DNA of 64,000 nucleotides from a virus. The translations under genes and the position numbers were made by a program. This document shows positions 37,360 to 47,388 of this stretch, one piece after another. Below the pieces are notes generated by a model that did no database searches, was not told the origin of the DNA, and worked only from the letters and a program-made list of their open reading frames with translations. Numbering within the stretch: position 1 is the stretch's first letter; each line of letters begins with the position of its first letter. The DNA is taken from the IMG/VR virus record IMGVR_UViG_3300045988_150084. One strand, 5' to 3'.

Positions 37360-40300
37360 TTATCTGAAACCGTGACGCTGTTGATTGCCCATGATTCTCT
37401 GGAAAGCACGCGGGTTCTTTTGAATTGCTCTCATAACACTTGCACTATCTGCTTGCGTATTGAGAACAACCATATTCCCAGAACCGTTATCTTTACTCCC
37501 CATAGCGGCTAACATATCGTTCTGTTGTTGCATAAGCTGTTCCAGACGTTTGTTGCTGCTTGTCTTAATCACGGTGTTATTACGGTTGAACTTGCGGTAA
37601 TTCTCCACAGTTTTAGGACTCATAACAGGCTCATAGGACTCACCAAGGTCACCGCCGTCCGCGTATCGCTTCATACCAGCAATAGCTTCTGGATTGGCAT
37701 TGAGCGTATCGAGGAAGGAAACTCCGACCTTATCCACCGTGGATTTCTTGATGATATACTCACCATTGGATGTGCGGATAAACTGCCCTCGATTAGCAAG
37801 GTAGGTAAGAATGGAATCACTTGTACCTGTTCCTGCTCCTCCGATAAGACCTGTTGTGTCACCGCCAGTAGCGAACTTAGGAATCAATCCACCAGCAGCC
37901 ATTGGGAAGAAATTCCTTGTCATCATCGTCCCATTCAAGGTCATAACCGAACCAGACAAAATATCCATGACCGAAGTATTTGCTGTTGTTGTAGCCGTTC
38001 CTGTAACCTTTGCGCTAGTGTCTAATGCCGTTTTAGCCGTGCCGAGGATTGTCTCTTTTGTGAGAAGTCTAGTTGCATTTGACATGGCATTTGTGACTGC
38101 TGAAGCACCCTTAACAGTAGTAGAATTGATTGCCAGCTTTTGTCCGAGGTCTGAGAACGCTTTTGTATAGTCTGCCTTACCGCCGAATTGGTTTGTTGCA
38201 CCGTATCGAGAGGAAGGAATCCTATCCATGACGTTTCCGCTCCAGCCGCTCATAAAGCCGCCTACTCTGCCGATATTGTTGACAAAGTTTCTCCTCTGCA
38301 CCCTTCTCGTGATGTTCTCACCGCTAAGAATGTCCTTGAGTCCCCATTTCTGCATCTGAACCTTGAGGATTTGTTGGAGAGCGAGCTTTGCAATATCACT
38401 CCAGAGTGCTTTCCACGACTCTTTGAACGACTTTCCTTCGAGCAGCACATCGGAGAATATAGAATGGACACCATTTTCGATGATGTCGGCAAGTTGGTCT
38501 GTCACAGCATTAAGAGATTTCTTTACATCGTCAATGGATTTCTGAACCTCTGTCAAGTCCTTCTTATATTGCTGTGTAGCTTCGCCGCCGTGTTCGCGGT
38601 TTTGGTCAATCCTATCGGTAAGTTCATCTACATGCTTAGAAACCTTTTGAATCTCGGCATTGAGTGTCTTATCTTCGCTTGTGAGGGTCTTGCGTTTCTC
38701 GATAAGCAAATCAAGGCGTTTCTGTTCGGCATCACGTTCTGTCTCCCAGCCGCTACGCTTCTCGTAGTCGCTTGACTCTGCCTTAGATAACTGAGAATGA
38801 ATCCAGTCGTATTTCTTTTGCAGGATGTCAAGTTTCTGTGCATAGAACCGCATATTCTCCATATAGGACTCATTGTCGGTCATGCCGTTTACTTTGTACT
38901 CGTGTGCGTTGGAAAGACTCTCAAGCTGTGCGTCCAGACGTTCCGTAGGAGACATAGAGCCATAAACCTTACGGTCGCGCTCCGCTTTGTCTTCTACATA
39001 CTTCGATTCGAGGGAATCTAGTTGACTACGAGACTTGATGATAGAGTTAATAGCCTTGGTGAAATCACCCTTGCCCTCTTTATCAAACTTCTTCGCAATC
39101 TCTTGAATCTCAGAATCTGGAAGTGTCTTGATACCTTCGATGGACAGATTATTCTCACTCAGGAAACCCTTGAAGCCACTGAACTTATCGGAATAGTCCT
39201 TGAGGAAGTCTTCGCCGTTCTGTTGGATTGCTCTCCAGTAACTAAGCGTAGTCTCCGTAGACTTGAGTTTAGCTTCTTCGTTCTCGGCAATCTTCTTATA
39301 GATTTCAGCCGTATAGCCACTCAGTTTAGCTTCGGTTTCAAGGCGTTTCTGTTCCCTCTCATAGCGCTTCTGGTCAGTCTCGTACCGATAAGCAGCTTCT
39401 TCGATACCGTTTCTATGGAACGCATTTTCACCACGGTATTTCTCCCAACGGTCAACAGACTCGCTCGAACTAATCGAAGGAGAGCCATATTTAACACCGT
39501 TAGCTTGAGCAAGTTCTTTGATGTCTACACGACCGAGAACAGCTCCGAAATACTGTTGCGCTTCTTCCATTGTTCCATGATGAACGCCGCCGCTACTGTT
39601 CCGTGCGATATACCCACCGTTGCCGTCATAGATACCTACATGCTTATTCCAGTTGATGATGTCACCAGCATTGAGAGGAGCTTCACCAGCGTGATATGCA
39701 CTTCCTGCCTGTTCCATAAGCGTGTCGCCGTTCGGACTATTGACAGATGTGATACCGTGCTTGTTCATCATGTAGGAAACCCAAGACGAACATTGACTCT
39801 CCCATGTAGAGTTATCATCAAAACCTGCATCTATGCCGCGCCATTGTTCGCCAGCATGAGCGTCAGCTTCTTTGACCATGGCTTCACCGATGTTCTCGCC
39901 AATGGTTTGTGTTGCCGTGTTCCAACCAGACTCATTAGCGTATTGGTCAATAGAACGAGAGTAATTATATCCATCTTCGTCCTCGGGCCAAGCATTAGTG
40001 TGACCGACATTATACCAATCCGTAGCGGTTTTAGCGTCATCGTAGCGCATACCGTTATAAGCGTCACCGCGAATGTATGTCTTAGCTAATTCATCGATGA
40101 GGTCTGCCTCGTCTTTGAAACTTCCCATATAGCCGCCGATGTGAGCGTTTGTAGTAAACTCAGTAACGTTAGGAGTTTCAGACATAAATTGGCCATACAT
40201 CATATTAGGAGTGATATAGCGGCCTGTTGTGTCTTGGATTTCTTTCGACACCCTTACCGCAAGTTCAGCAAGATATGGATTTGTGAAGGAACTGTAATCA

Positions 40301-43300
40301 TACCCACCAGCATTAAGCCGAGAACCTTCCGTCATGCGATGTTCATCGTTTCGGGAATAGTCCCTAGAATACTTCGTACTGTTGTACTTCTTATCAAATT
40401 CCTCGATATAGTCAGGAAGAACCTTGTCTAGTTGCTCATCGGAGAGGAAATTGCCATAGAGTTTCTTCCAAATCTCACCCTCGGATAACCCCTGTGAAGC
40501 AAGGTTACCAAACTTTTCGAGGAGCTTATAAGCAGAATCAAATGGGTCAGAACCGCCAGTAGCAAACAGGTCGCTGATACCAGAGAAGTCTGTATTCTTA
40601 GCACCCTTGCCATAGAACAGGTTCAGAAGACTAAACAAGGAAGATTCTTTCACGCCATACTTGGAAAAATCACCGCGAGACATCATATCTTTGACTGTGG
40701 CGATAGCCTGTTGCTGTTCGTCAGAGTAGTTTATATACTCTTTCGGTTCTTTCTTCTCATGGCCAGATGAATCCCTTCCAGAACCAGAACCACCACGCCC
40801 AGAGCCGAAATTCTCAGAATCCTTGCCTTCGTTGTTGCGTCCCTCTGTAATGTCTTTGGACTCATAAGGAGTAACCTTTTGGAGTCCTTCAATCGCTTCT
40901 TGCGCTTTTTTGTTCTCTTCGTCTAGGTAGCCTTGAATATCTTCTAACGCTTTTCCTTTAACTTCACTTTGGTCTTCTGTTACCCAGTCAAGGTGTCTCT
41001 GGATATTATCTATCTGTGCTTCTTTGATTTTTTTAAGCACGGTGTCTAAAAGACCGTCCCCAAGGCTTTCTTGCTCCTCTTTAAGTGATTCAATAGATTG
41101 TTTGTCTACTTCAATCGCTTGCGCATCCATGTTGTATCTAAATTGATAGAACATAGCGTATGCTTTTTGAAGGATATTTAACCCATCGAGCTGTGAGGTT
41201 GTCCATTTACCAAAGTTTTGAATGGATTTTTCCAACCTATCTCTTTCTTTATTCGTCCATTCAACTTGATTGAGATAATATTGATAGAGAGAAGTGTTTG
41301 CTTCTTTTAGTTTTTCTTCTTTTGCATTTGTCGCAGTAATATAATTATCTTTTTCAGCATTATATGCTTCTGTTGTGTAACCAGCTTGCTTGATTCTTTC
41401 TGCTGCATCTGCGCCAAACACATCTGTCAAATGTTGGTCAATGTCGATTAGCTTACTTTTTGAAGTTGCAAGTTCTTCTTCTGAGAGTTTCCCAGATTCA
41501 ATAGCTTCTTTCAGTTCTTGTGCTTTTTCTATGCTGCTATCTGTCATTTCGATGTTCTTTTTACGAGCATCAACCTCTTTAGAAAGCGTATCAACTTCTG
41601 TTTCCAGACTTTCCTTTACCTTATCAGTAGCTTCACTAAAATCGAGAAAAAGAGGAACAACAACTGCAAGAAGGGTAATTATAACTCCGATAGGCCCACC
41701 AAAAGCAGAAAAGGCAATATTGAGAACGCGAGCTGCCATAGAAGCAGCAGTCATCCCTGCGGCCGCAAGTCTGCCTGCGTCAGCCATAGCAATCATTTTA
41801 ACTCTAGCGATTTCGGTACTTACTGCGTTCGCTTTAGCGTATCTATCAGCTATCCTGAGTTGCTGTGCATAAGACATCTGAGCCAGTTGTACCGCTTTCG
41901 TAGACGTAACAACCTTTTTGTCAGTAGTGATGAGACGTTCAAGCTCTGCTCTATATTCTTTTGTTTGTCTTATTGAATTAACGGTAGCAGAACTTTTCGA
42001 ATCGGATTTATTTATTGACGTAGCCGCTGGGATATTCATCACCTGAGTCATGTATGAAGACCTGCCAGACGCATAAGCAGCTTGAAGGTTTCCAGCAAGA
42101 GAGGAGATGATACCTGCATTTTTTTGTGCAGCACCGACTTCCCACATCGCAGTAGTTTTACCAGCTAAAGAAGCAATTTGTCTGAGGATAGGAGGTAATA
42201 ACTTGTATGCCGCAACAATAGCAAGGATACCCTTCGCGAACTGATAAGCGTGAGATGTTCCTTTTTGACTTTTTTCAAGGAGACTATTTAAGAGATTGAG
42301 AATCCACTTAATGTCATTAACAAGACCGTTGTTGCCGTTCGACATGAAGAGCTTTGCGATATTCGCTTTCAGAGTCTCTACCTTACGAGCAACCGTGTCC
42401 ATCTGGAGAGCTAACTGTTGGTCTGTGAATCCAGCGGAATCCTTGGTCAGCTCGATAGTACGTTTCAACTCGTTGTAGTTGTTCAAGAGAGCGATGGTCT
42501 TGGATGATTGCCACTTACCACCAGAGATAGCAAGCATAAAATCAGACAAGGACTTAGAATCAAGGTTTGTGTGTTGCAGTCCTTTGGAAATATCAAGAAT
42601 CAGGTCTTCAACAGGACGTAACTCTTTCTTTCCGTTTGCGCCAATCTTATAAACCTCAATGCCGAATTTTTGCATAGCCTTGACAGCCTTATCTGACTGA
42701 ATCGAGGCAAACAAGGATTTCAGCATTGTACCGATTTCATTACCACTCTTAGCCGTGGTACGGACACCTGTTGCGATGAGTGCGTTTAAGAAACCAAAGG
42801 AAACACCAGCGGCGTTCGCGGCAGCTCCTGATTGCTTAACACCTTCTGTCAAATCCTGCGCCGAAGCACCAGATGTATGAGCAAGTTTCGTCCACACATC
42901 GAGGATATGAGTAGAACGTGCCATCAATAGGTTACTGTCCTCTGTCTGCATATTGAACTGGGAGAGTGCCGACTCAAGACCAAGTACAGCGTCCTTCATC
43001 TCAAAGTTATCTGTGGTAGCCATCTTAGCCGCTTGCGCCGTCAGAATTTCAGTATTCTTAGCGCCCACGTCAGCGTCACCGCCGCCTTGGCCATACAAAC
43101 GACCGACAGACCTTGCCGCTTCGAGGACATTATCAGCAGACTGTCCGAATTGAGCACCGATAGAAGCAAACTTTGAGAACTCTCCGTTCATCGCCGCTTG
43201 TCCTTCTTCTACCTTCGGCAACACCTGTGCGATACCAGCCATAGCAAGCTCGTACTTAGAAACGTCAGATACCACATCGGAGGGGAAACTGATAATATGA

Positions 43301-46089
43301 TTCTCAATAGAACTACCGATTGCCCAGTTCGCAGATTCTCTAGCTCTCCTGAGGATGTTCTCTATATTAAGCGCATGACGAGGAGCTTTAGAAATTTCCT
43401 CATTGAATCGCTCTGCCTGACGGTTGAGAAGTCTGAGTTCGGTTCTTGCTCTCTCAAAACCAATCTTATCAGTAATAGAATTTGTCTTTTGGAACTGTAA
43501 GTAGAGGTCTTGAGCGTTCTTACGCGCTTCGGAGAGCCGTGCATTGAACGATTCGGAGATAGAGAGGGCTTCAACCTTGTTATCCTTGAGAGGAGCTGGC
43601 TTCTTGACGTTTACGCCCTTTAGCATGGACTCGTCAACGCCTACGGCCTTTCCCTCTTCGCCAAGTTGCTTGAGTGCCTTTGCAATATCCTCGATACGGT
43701 TCTTCTCCGTGATATAGCTGTTCTGAGTATAGACAAGCCCAGCCTTACCAGTATGCTGGGAGATTCTTCTCTTTACCTTCTCAAGAGCTTTAAGCTGATT
43801 AGCAATCTGCTCCTGCCGAGCGGCTTCTTCTGCATCGGCTTTCTTCTGAGCAGCTTGACGAGCTTTCTGGATAGCAAGGCGTGTCTTTTGTTCCGCTTGG
43901 AGGACTTTCTCTCTTTCTTGTGCGGATTTCTCTGCTTGCTTAGTTTCCTCTTTTTGAGCCTTGGCTTCTTCCTCCATTTGCTTCTTGAGGAGGGCAGAAC
44001 TTTTCTTTGCGGCCTGTTCCTGTTGCTTAATTTCCTCATCGAAAAGGTTAGTGACTTTCATACCACTACGCGCTTTTTCAATGTCTCTCAAGCTCATGGG
44101 CTGATTCTGTACGTTCTTTACATAGTCAGCGTATTTTCCCTCTGAGAATGGATTTGTTGTAGAAAGGTCACCTTTAAGTTCTGAAAGAACCTTGCGTAAA
44201 GCAATAATTCTCTGCCGAGCTTGTTCCCACTTGCGTTCATTGAGAATCGTGCCGTTATCTCTGCTGTTCCATCCGCTGTTGACGAGCTTATCATGCTCTT
44301 TCTGAGCGGCTTCAAGACGCTTTGCAGGTTCTTCGCCAAGTTTCCTACTTACTGACCGTTTGAGTTCCTCGAAATGCCTACGAAGGGTTTCAAGCGTTGT
44401 GAGATACTTTCTAGCATCCCTGTCAGCGCGATTGATACCTTGAGCGAAATCACCGTTGCCGAGTTGCTGGAGGAGCGCTTCTGCCTGTGTGATTCTTGCG
44501 AGGGCGCGGGCATATTTGCCAAGGGATTCGTCCTGCTCTGCTCCCTTTTTGAGAAGTTGTACAAGGTCATTCTGTTGCTTAGAAACATCAACCTTTGTGT
44601 CGTTGGTTTTCTTTCCGCTTGCATAAGCCTTGCGAAGTTCTTCCTCTTTAGCGCGGATTTGCGAATCGAGGGTCTTTACTTCTGGTTTCTCAGGAGCTTT
44701 CTTCTCTTTGGATGATTCTTTTTTCTCTGCTTCTGCCTGTGCCTTACGCTCCGCGGCTTTTTCAACAACATCCTTACCGAATTTCTTGAGTGTATCACGA
44801 GCCTCGTTTACAACAGCGAAAGCATTGGCAATAGAGGAAAAGTCGATATGTGCCGCGTTCCAGAGGTATTCATACATAGAGCGCGTATCGGCAGCAAGAG
44901 CATTGATAGCGGAGACAGGGAGAGATTTACCTACGTTTTCCCATGCGCGAGAAAGACGTTCTGTATAGTCCTTGATGTCCTCATTCGCGTCCGTACTCTT
45001 GACAGACGGTTTCTTCGCTTTAGGAGCGGTAGTTCCCTTGACGTTCAGCCTCGGCGGTTCGGGAATCTTGATGTTCTTAAAGCTCTCGTTTATCTCGTGT
45101 GCCAGCTTCTTCGTCGATTCGACCATAGCGACTGTCTTATCGTTTGCATTGACCAGACTCGAATTAACTTTTGTGTCAAGAACGTTAGCAATTTCCAGCC
45201 ATTTCTTTTTGATACCGTCGAGAAGCCCAGCGGCTTCGGCATACTCTTCCAGAATAGCCTTAACTGCCTTTTCGGAGAAACTATCATCTGTTGTAAGAGC
45301 TTCTTTAGCGTTCTTCTCTGTCTTAGCCTTTGCCTTTGCAGCTTCTTTTTCCCTTTCCGCTTCTCTTTTCGCTTGAGCCGCCTTTGCAGCAGAAAGAAGA
45401 GTATACTCATTCCTAAGAGCGCGGATTTCCTCTCTCTGTCCTTCTACGGAGAGGTCTTTGGGAAGTCCCTTGACTTTATTAAGTCCTGAGATAAAGTTGC
45501 CCAAATCCATCTTGACTAGATTATTGCCAGCAAGAGAATGTAACTCCTTTTTGATATTAGCTACGTTTTTACTGACGATACCAGAATAAGTTCTTACATT
45601 GTCAGCGGCTTTCTCTAGGTTAATACCATCAACAGCATTTGTCCTGATTTTCTCTGCTGATGAAGCAATCTCATTGATAGCCGTTTTGATTGACTTGGAT
45701 TGTGCTAGAAACTTATCTAAAGCATCATCTTGAGCCTTTGCTGTCTCTTCTGTTGCCTTTTTTACGCCTTTTGCGGCATCGATTTGCTCTTTAGACGCAT
45801 TGACACTCTCTTGCAGCTTCTTGTTCACGTCTCCAATCTCTTTGGTCATGGTCGTTAAGCCAAGGGATTTAGAGATTTTTTCAAGGTTTCGTGCTAGTTC
45901 GAGAGCAGAGCCACCAGTCTCATTTAGGGAAGAGATGATAGACTTCCTGTATTCATCCTTAAAATCGGTAAACTTGATGTCGTTGATGGAATTGAGCGCA
46001 TCTTTTACTTTTTCGAGATTAGTAAGAGACTTGCCAATTTCAACTTCCAAGTTATATGAGATTTTCGTAGACTTAGAATCGTCTGGCAT
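37360..46089 (-). CDS. Tail tape measure protein (2909 aa) with an embedded CHAP peptidoglycan-hydrolase domain
   Basis: A giant ORF with long A/E/K-rich coiled coils and a hydrophobic transmembrane-like segment. QCSSWVSYMM...HVGIYDGNGGYIARNSSGGVHHG carries a CHAP-type Cys/His pair. It follows the G/GT chaperones. Confidence 0.8.
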   Translation of the reverse strand: MPDDSKSTKISYNLEVEIGKSLTNLEKVKDALNSINDIKFTDFKDEYRKSIISSLNETGGSALELARNLEKISKSLGLTTMTKEIGDVNKKLQESVNASKEQIDAAKGVKKATEETAKAQDDALDKFLAQSKSIKTAINEIASSAEKIRTNAVDGINLEKAADNVRTYSGIVSKNVANIKKELHSLAGNNLVKMDLGNFISGLNKVKGLPKDLSVEGQREEIRALRNEYTLLSAAKAAQAKREAEREKEAAKAKAKTEKNAKEALTTDDSFSEKAVKAILEEYAEAAGLLDGIKKKWLEIANVLDTKVNSSLVNANDKTVAMVESTKKLAHEINESFKNIKIPEPPRLNVKGTTAPKAKKPSVKSTDANEDIKDYTERLSRAWENVGKSLPVSAINALAADTRSMYEYLWNAAHIDFSSIANAFAVVNEARDTLKKFGKDVVEKAAERKAQAEAEKKESSKEKKAPEKPEVKTLDSQIRAKEEELRKAYASGKKTNDTKVDVSKQQNDLVQLLKKGAEQDESLGKYARALARITQAEALLQQLGNGDFAQGINRADRDARKYLTTLETLRRHFEELKRSVSRKLGEEPAKRLEAAQKEHDKLVNSGWNSRDNGTILNERKWEQARQRIIALRKVLSELKGDLSTTNPFSEGKYADYVKNVQNQPMSLRDIEKARSGMKVTNLFDEEIKQQEQAAKKSSALLKKQMEEEAKAQKEETKQAEKSAQEREKVLQAEQKTRLAIQKARQAAQKKADAEEAARQEQIANQLKALEKVKRRISQHTGKAGLVYTQNSYITEKNRIEDIAKALKQLGEEGKAVGVDESMLKGVNVKKPAPLKDNKVEALSISESFNARLSEARKNAQDLYLQFQKTNSITDKIGFERARTELRLLNRQAERFNEEISKAPRHALNIENILRRARESANWAIGSSIENHIISFPSDVVSDVSKYELAMAGIAQVLPKVEEGQAAMNGEFSKFASIGAQFGQSADNVLEAARSVGRLYGQGGGDADVGAKNTEILTAQAAKMATTDNFEMKDAVLGLESALSQFNMQTEDSNLLMARSTHILDVWTKLAHTSGASAQDLTEGVKQSGAAANAAGVSFGFLNALIATGVRTTAKSGNEIGTMLKSLFASIQSDKAVKAMQKFGIEVYKIGANGKKELRPVEDLILDISKGLQHTNLDSKSLSDFMLAISGGKWQSSKTIALLNNYNELKRTIELTKDSAGFTDQQLALQMDTVARKVETLKANIAKLFMSNGNNGLVNDIKWILNLLNSLLEKSQKGTSHAYQFAKGILAIVAAYKLLPPILRQIASLAGKTTAMWEVGAAQKNAGIISSLAGNLQAAYASGRSSYMTQVMNIPAATSINKSDSKSSATVNSIRQTKEYRAELERLITTDKKVVTSTKAVQLAQMSYAQQLRIADRYAKANAVSTEIARVKMIAMADAGRLAAAGMTAASMAARVLNIAFSAFGGPIGVIITLLAVVVPLFLDFSEATDKVKESLETEVDTLSKEVDARKKNIEMTDSSIEKAQELKEAIESGKLSEEELATSKSKLIDIDQHLTDVFGADAAERIKQAGYTTEAYNAEKDNYITATNAKEEKLKEANTSLYQYYLNQVEWTNKERDRLEKSIQNFGKWTTSQLDGLNILQKAYAMFYQFRYNMDAQAIEVDKQSIESLKEEQESLGDGLLDTVLKKIKEAQIDNIQRHLDWVTEDQSEVKGKALEDIQGYLDEENKKAQEAIEGLQKVTPYESKDITEGRNNEGKDSENFGSGRGGSGSGRDSSGHEKKEPKEYINYSDEQQQAIATVKDMMSRGDFSKYGVKESSLFSLLNLFYGKGAKNTDFSGISDLFATGGSDPFDSAYKLLEKFGNLASQGLSEGEIWKKLYGNFLSDEQLDKVLPDYIEEFDKKYNSTKYSRDYSRNDEHRMTEGSRLNAGGYDYSSFTNPYLAELAVRVSKEIQDTTGRYITPNMMYGQFMSETPNVTEFTTNAHIGGYMGSFKDEADLIDELAKTYIRGDAYNGMRYDDAKTATDWYNVGHTNAWPEDEDGYNYSRSIDQYANESGWNTATQTIGENIGEAMVKEADAHAGEQWRGIDAGFDDNSTWESQCSSWVSYMMNKHGITSVNSPNGDTLMEQAGSAYHAGEAPLNAGDIINWNKHVGIYDGNGGYIARNSSGGVHHGTMEEAQQYFGAVLGRVDIKELAQANGVKYGSPSISSSESVDRWEKYRGENAFHRNGIEEAAYRYETDQKRYEREQKRLETEAKLSGYTAEIYKKIAENEEAKLKSTETTLSYWRAIQQNGEDFLKDYSDKFSGFKGFLSENNLSIEGIKTLPDSEIQEIAKKFDKEGKGDFTKAINSIIKSRSQLDSLESKYVEDKAERDRKVYGSMSPTERLDAQLESLSNAHEYKVNGMTDNESYMENMRFYAQKLDILQKKYDWIHSQLSKAESSDYEKRSGWETERDAEQKRLDLLIEKRKTLTSEDKTLNAEIQKVSKHVDELTDRIDQNREHGGEATQQYKKDLTEVQKSIDDVKKSLNAVTDQLADIIENGVHSIFSDVLLEGKSFKESWKALWSDIAKLALQQILKVQMQKWGLKDILSGENITRRVQRRNFVNNIGRVGGFMSGWSGNVMDRIPSSRYGATNQFGGKADYTKAFSDLGQKLAINSTTVKGASAVTNAMSNATRLLTKETILGTAKTALDTSAKVTGTATTTANTSVMDILSGSVMTLNGTMMTRNFFPMAAGGLIPKFATGGDTTGLIGGAGTGTSDSILTYLANRGQFIRTSNGEYIIKKSTVDKVGVSFLDTLNANPEAIAGMKRYADGGDLGESYEPVMSPKTVENYRKFNRNNTVIKTSSNKRLEQLMQQQNDMLAAMGSKDNGSGNMVVLNTQADSASVMRAIQKNPRAFQRIMGNQQRHGFR

Positions 46090-46273
46090 ATAAATCCTCC
46101 TTCGGATTGTTCTTTTGATTAGAATATGCTATACTTAATTGGTGAATTTAATACGACAGAACGAATAAGCCTGTTGTATATTATAGGTACAAAATAACAA
46201 AAATGTTCCTTTACGCATCGGGGAATATTTGCTATAATGTACCTAAGTAAATTGTGTGTTTTTCTAGAATGGA

Positions 46274-46711
46274 GTGATGAGGATGCAAAATAACGAGAAA
46301 GACGGCGCGTTTATTACTATGTCCGAGACTACATTTTTTTCTATACTGACGCTAACACTATTACCCACAATTATTTCTTTAATTATTTTAATTTATTTCA
46401 AGTTGTCGCACGGTGTTCTCGTGGAGATTGACTTCGTTATAGCATTTGTTATAGCATTTGTAGCAAGTGTACCTTTTGTTCTTGTTGGATTAATTCCTGC
46501 ATTTATCGCAAAAAGTAAAGGAAGGAATTTTGGGAAATGGTGGTTGTATGGCACAATGACATTTATGATTGCCGTTATTCACTCTCTCCTCATAAAAAAG
46601 AATGATACTGTTTTAGCAGAGGACAAATCTCTCAAGAAATGCCCTTACTGCGCCGAGTATATCAAGAAAGAATCTAAGGTCTGCCGTTACTGTGGGAAGG
46701 AGCTTGAGTAA
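46274..46711 (+). CDS. Membrane protein (about 3 TM) with a C-terminal CxxC...CxxC zinc ribbon, opposite-strand insert in the tail module
   Basis: The gene is on the plus strand between tape-measure start and the chaperone genes, with a TATAAT-like box upstream. The C-terminus carries CPYCAEYIKKESKVCRYCGKELE. Confidence 0.5.
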   Translation: MMRMQNNEKDGAFITMSETTFFSILTLTLLPTIISLIILIYFKLSHGVLVEIDFVIAFVIAFVASVPFVLVGLIPAFIAKSKGRNFGKWWLYGTMTFMIAVIHSLLIKKNDTVLAEDKSLKKCPYCAEYIKKESKVCRYCGKELE

Positions 46712-47286
46712 TTACTGATTCTGCATGAACTCCATGAAGTCATTTGCGTCACCATGAGTACGCTGGACACCTTTCAGTTCATCTTGCTCGCGCTCGGAGT
46801 TCTTAGTCATACCTTCCATAAGACCTTCTAACTCAGGATAGGACAAGTTCTTGATGTCTTGTACCGTCATGCTCGTATTAGCTACGATGCTGGCAACAAG
46901 TTCATCCCAAGTTACTTGTCCTTCTTTGTCTTTTTTTTTGCTTCTCCATATCCGCTCGTCGCGAAGAACACATCGAAGATTTTCGGAATCATAGCAACGT
47001 CAACGAAGCCCTCGATTTCCTCTCGCGTATACTTCTCACCAAAAGCAAGCACGAGCAGTTCCATCATGGCTTCATACGGCTCATCAGAGAAATACTCCTT
47101 ATCATTGTCGCTCGTAGGCGTGGACTCAACAACTTTTTGCACATCGGGAGAAATGATATTGAGAATAGCCATATCCGTTCTGAACCGTGTGATATAGTGG
47201 CGAATCTTGTTCTTGTACTTGATAAGTGCAGGGAAAATCTCGCGCTCCTTACCATCACGGCATTTGATGAAATTATCTTTTTCCAT
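46712..47286 (-). CDS. Tail assembly chaperone frameshift product (GT-like), made by a -1 programmed frameshift at A AAA AAG near 46933
   Basis: On the minus strand GCA AAA AAA AAG ACA sits 5 codons before the G stop. The -1 frame stays open for about 76 codons (KDKEGQVTWDELVASIVANTSMTVQDIKNL...) to a TAA at 46714..46712. Confidence 0.5.
46912..47286 (-). CDS. Tail assembly chaperone (G-like, 124 aa)
   Basis: An acidic protein immediately upstream of the tape measure gene that ends in a slippery A9 run. Confidence 0.55.
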   Translation of the reverse strand: MEKDNFIKCRDGKEREIFPALIKYKNKIRHYITRFRTDMAILNIISPDVQKVVESTPTSDNDKEYFSDEPYEAMMELLVLAFGEKYTREEIEGFVDVAMIPKIFDVFFATSGYGEAKKKTKKDK

Positions 47287-47388
47287 ATTGTCATAACCTT
47301 TCGTAATAGATTTCAGTTTTTCGTCAATGAGGGTTTCCCCTCAAAGACAAGAAAAGAGAAGAGATAGTAACCTCTCCTCCATCATTCA

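Noticed and set aside
39022-40089. 355-aa plus-strand ORF inside the tape measure gene
   Set aside because: It lies antisense to a continuous 8.7-kb ORF and has a low-complexity Ser/Leu/Arg-rich translation typical of shadow frames. The same applies to 47392..48249 (antisense to the major tail gene), 50661..51821 (antisense to the capsid gene) and 51748..52800 (antisense to the protease/scaffold gene).
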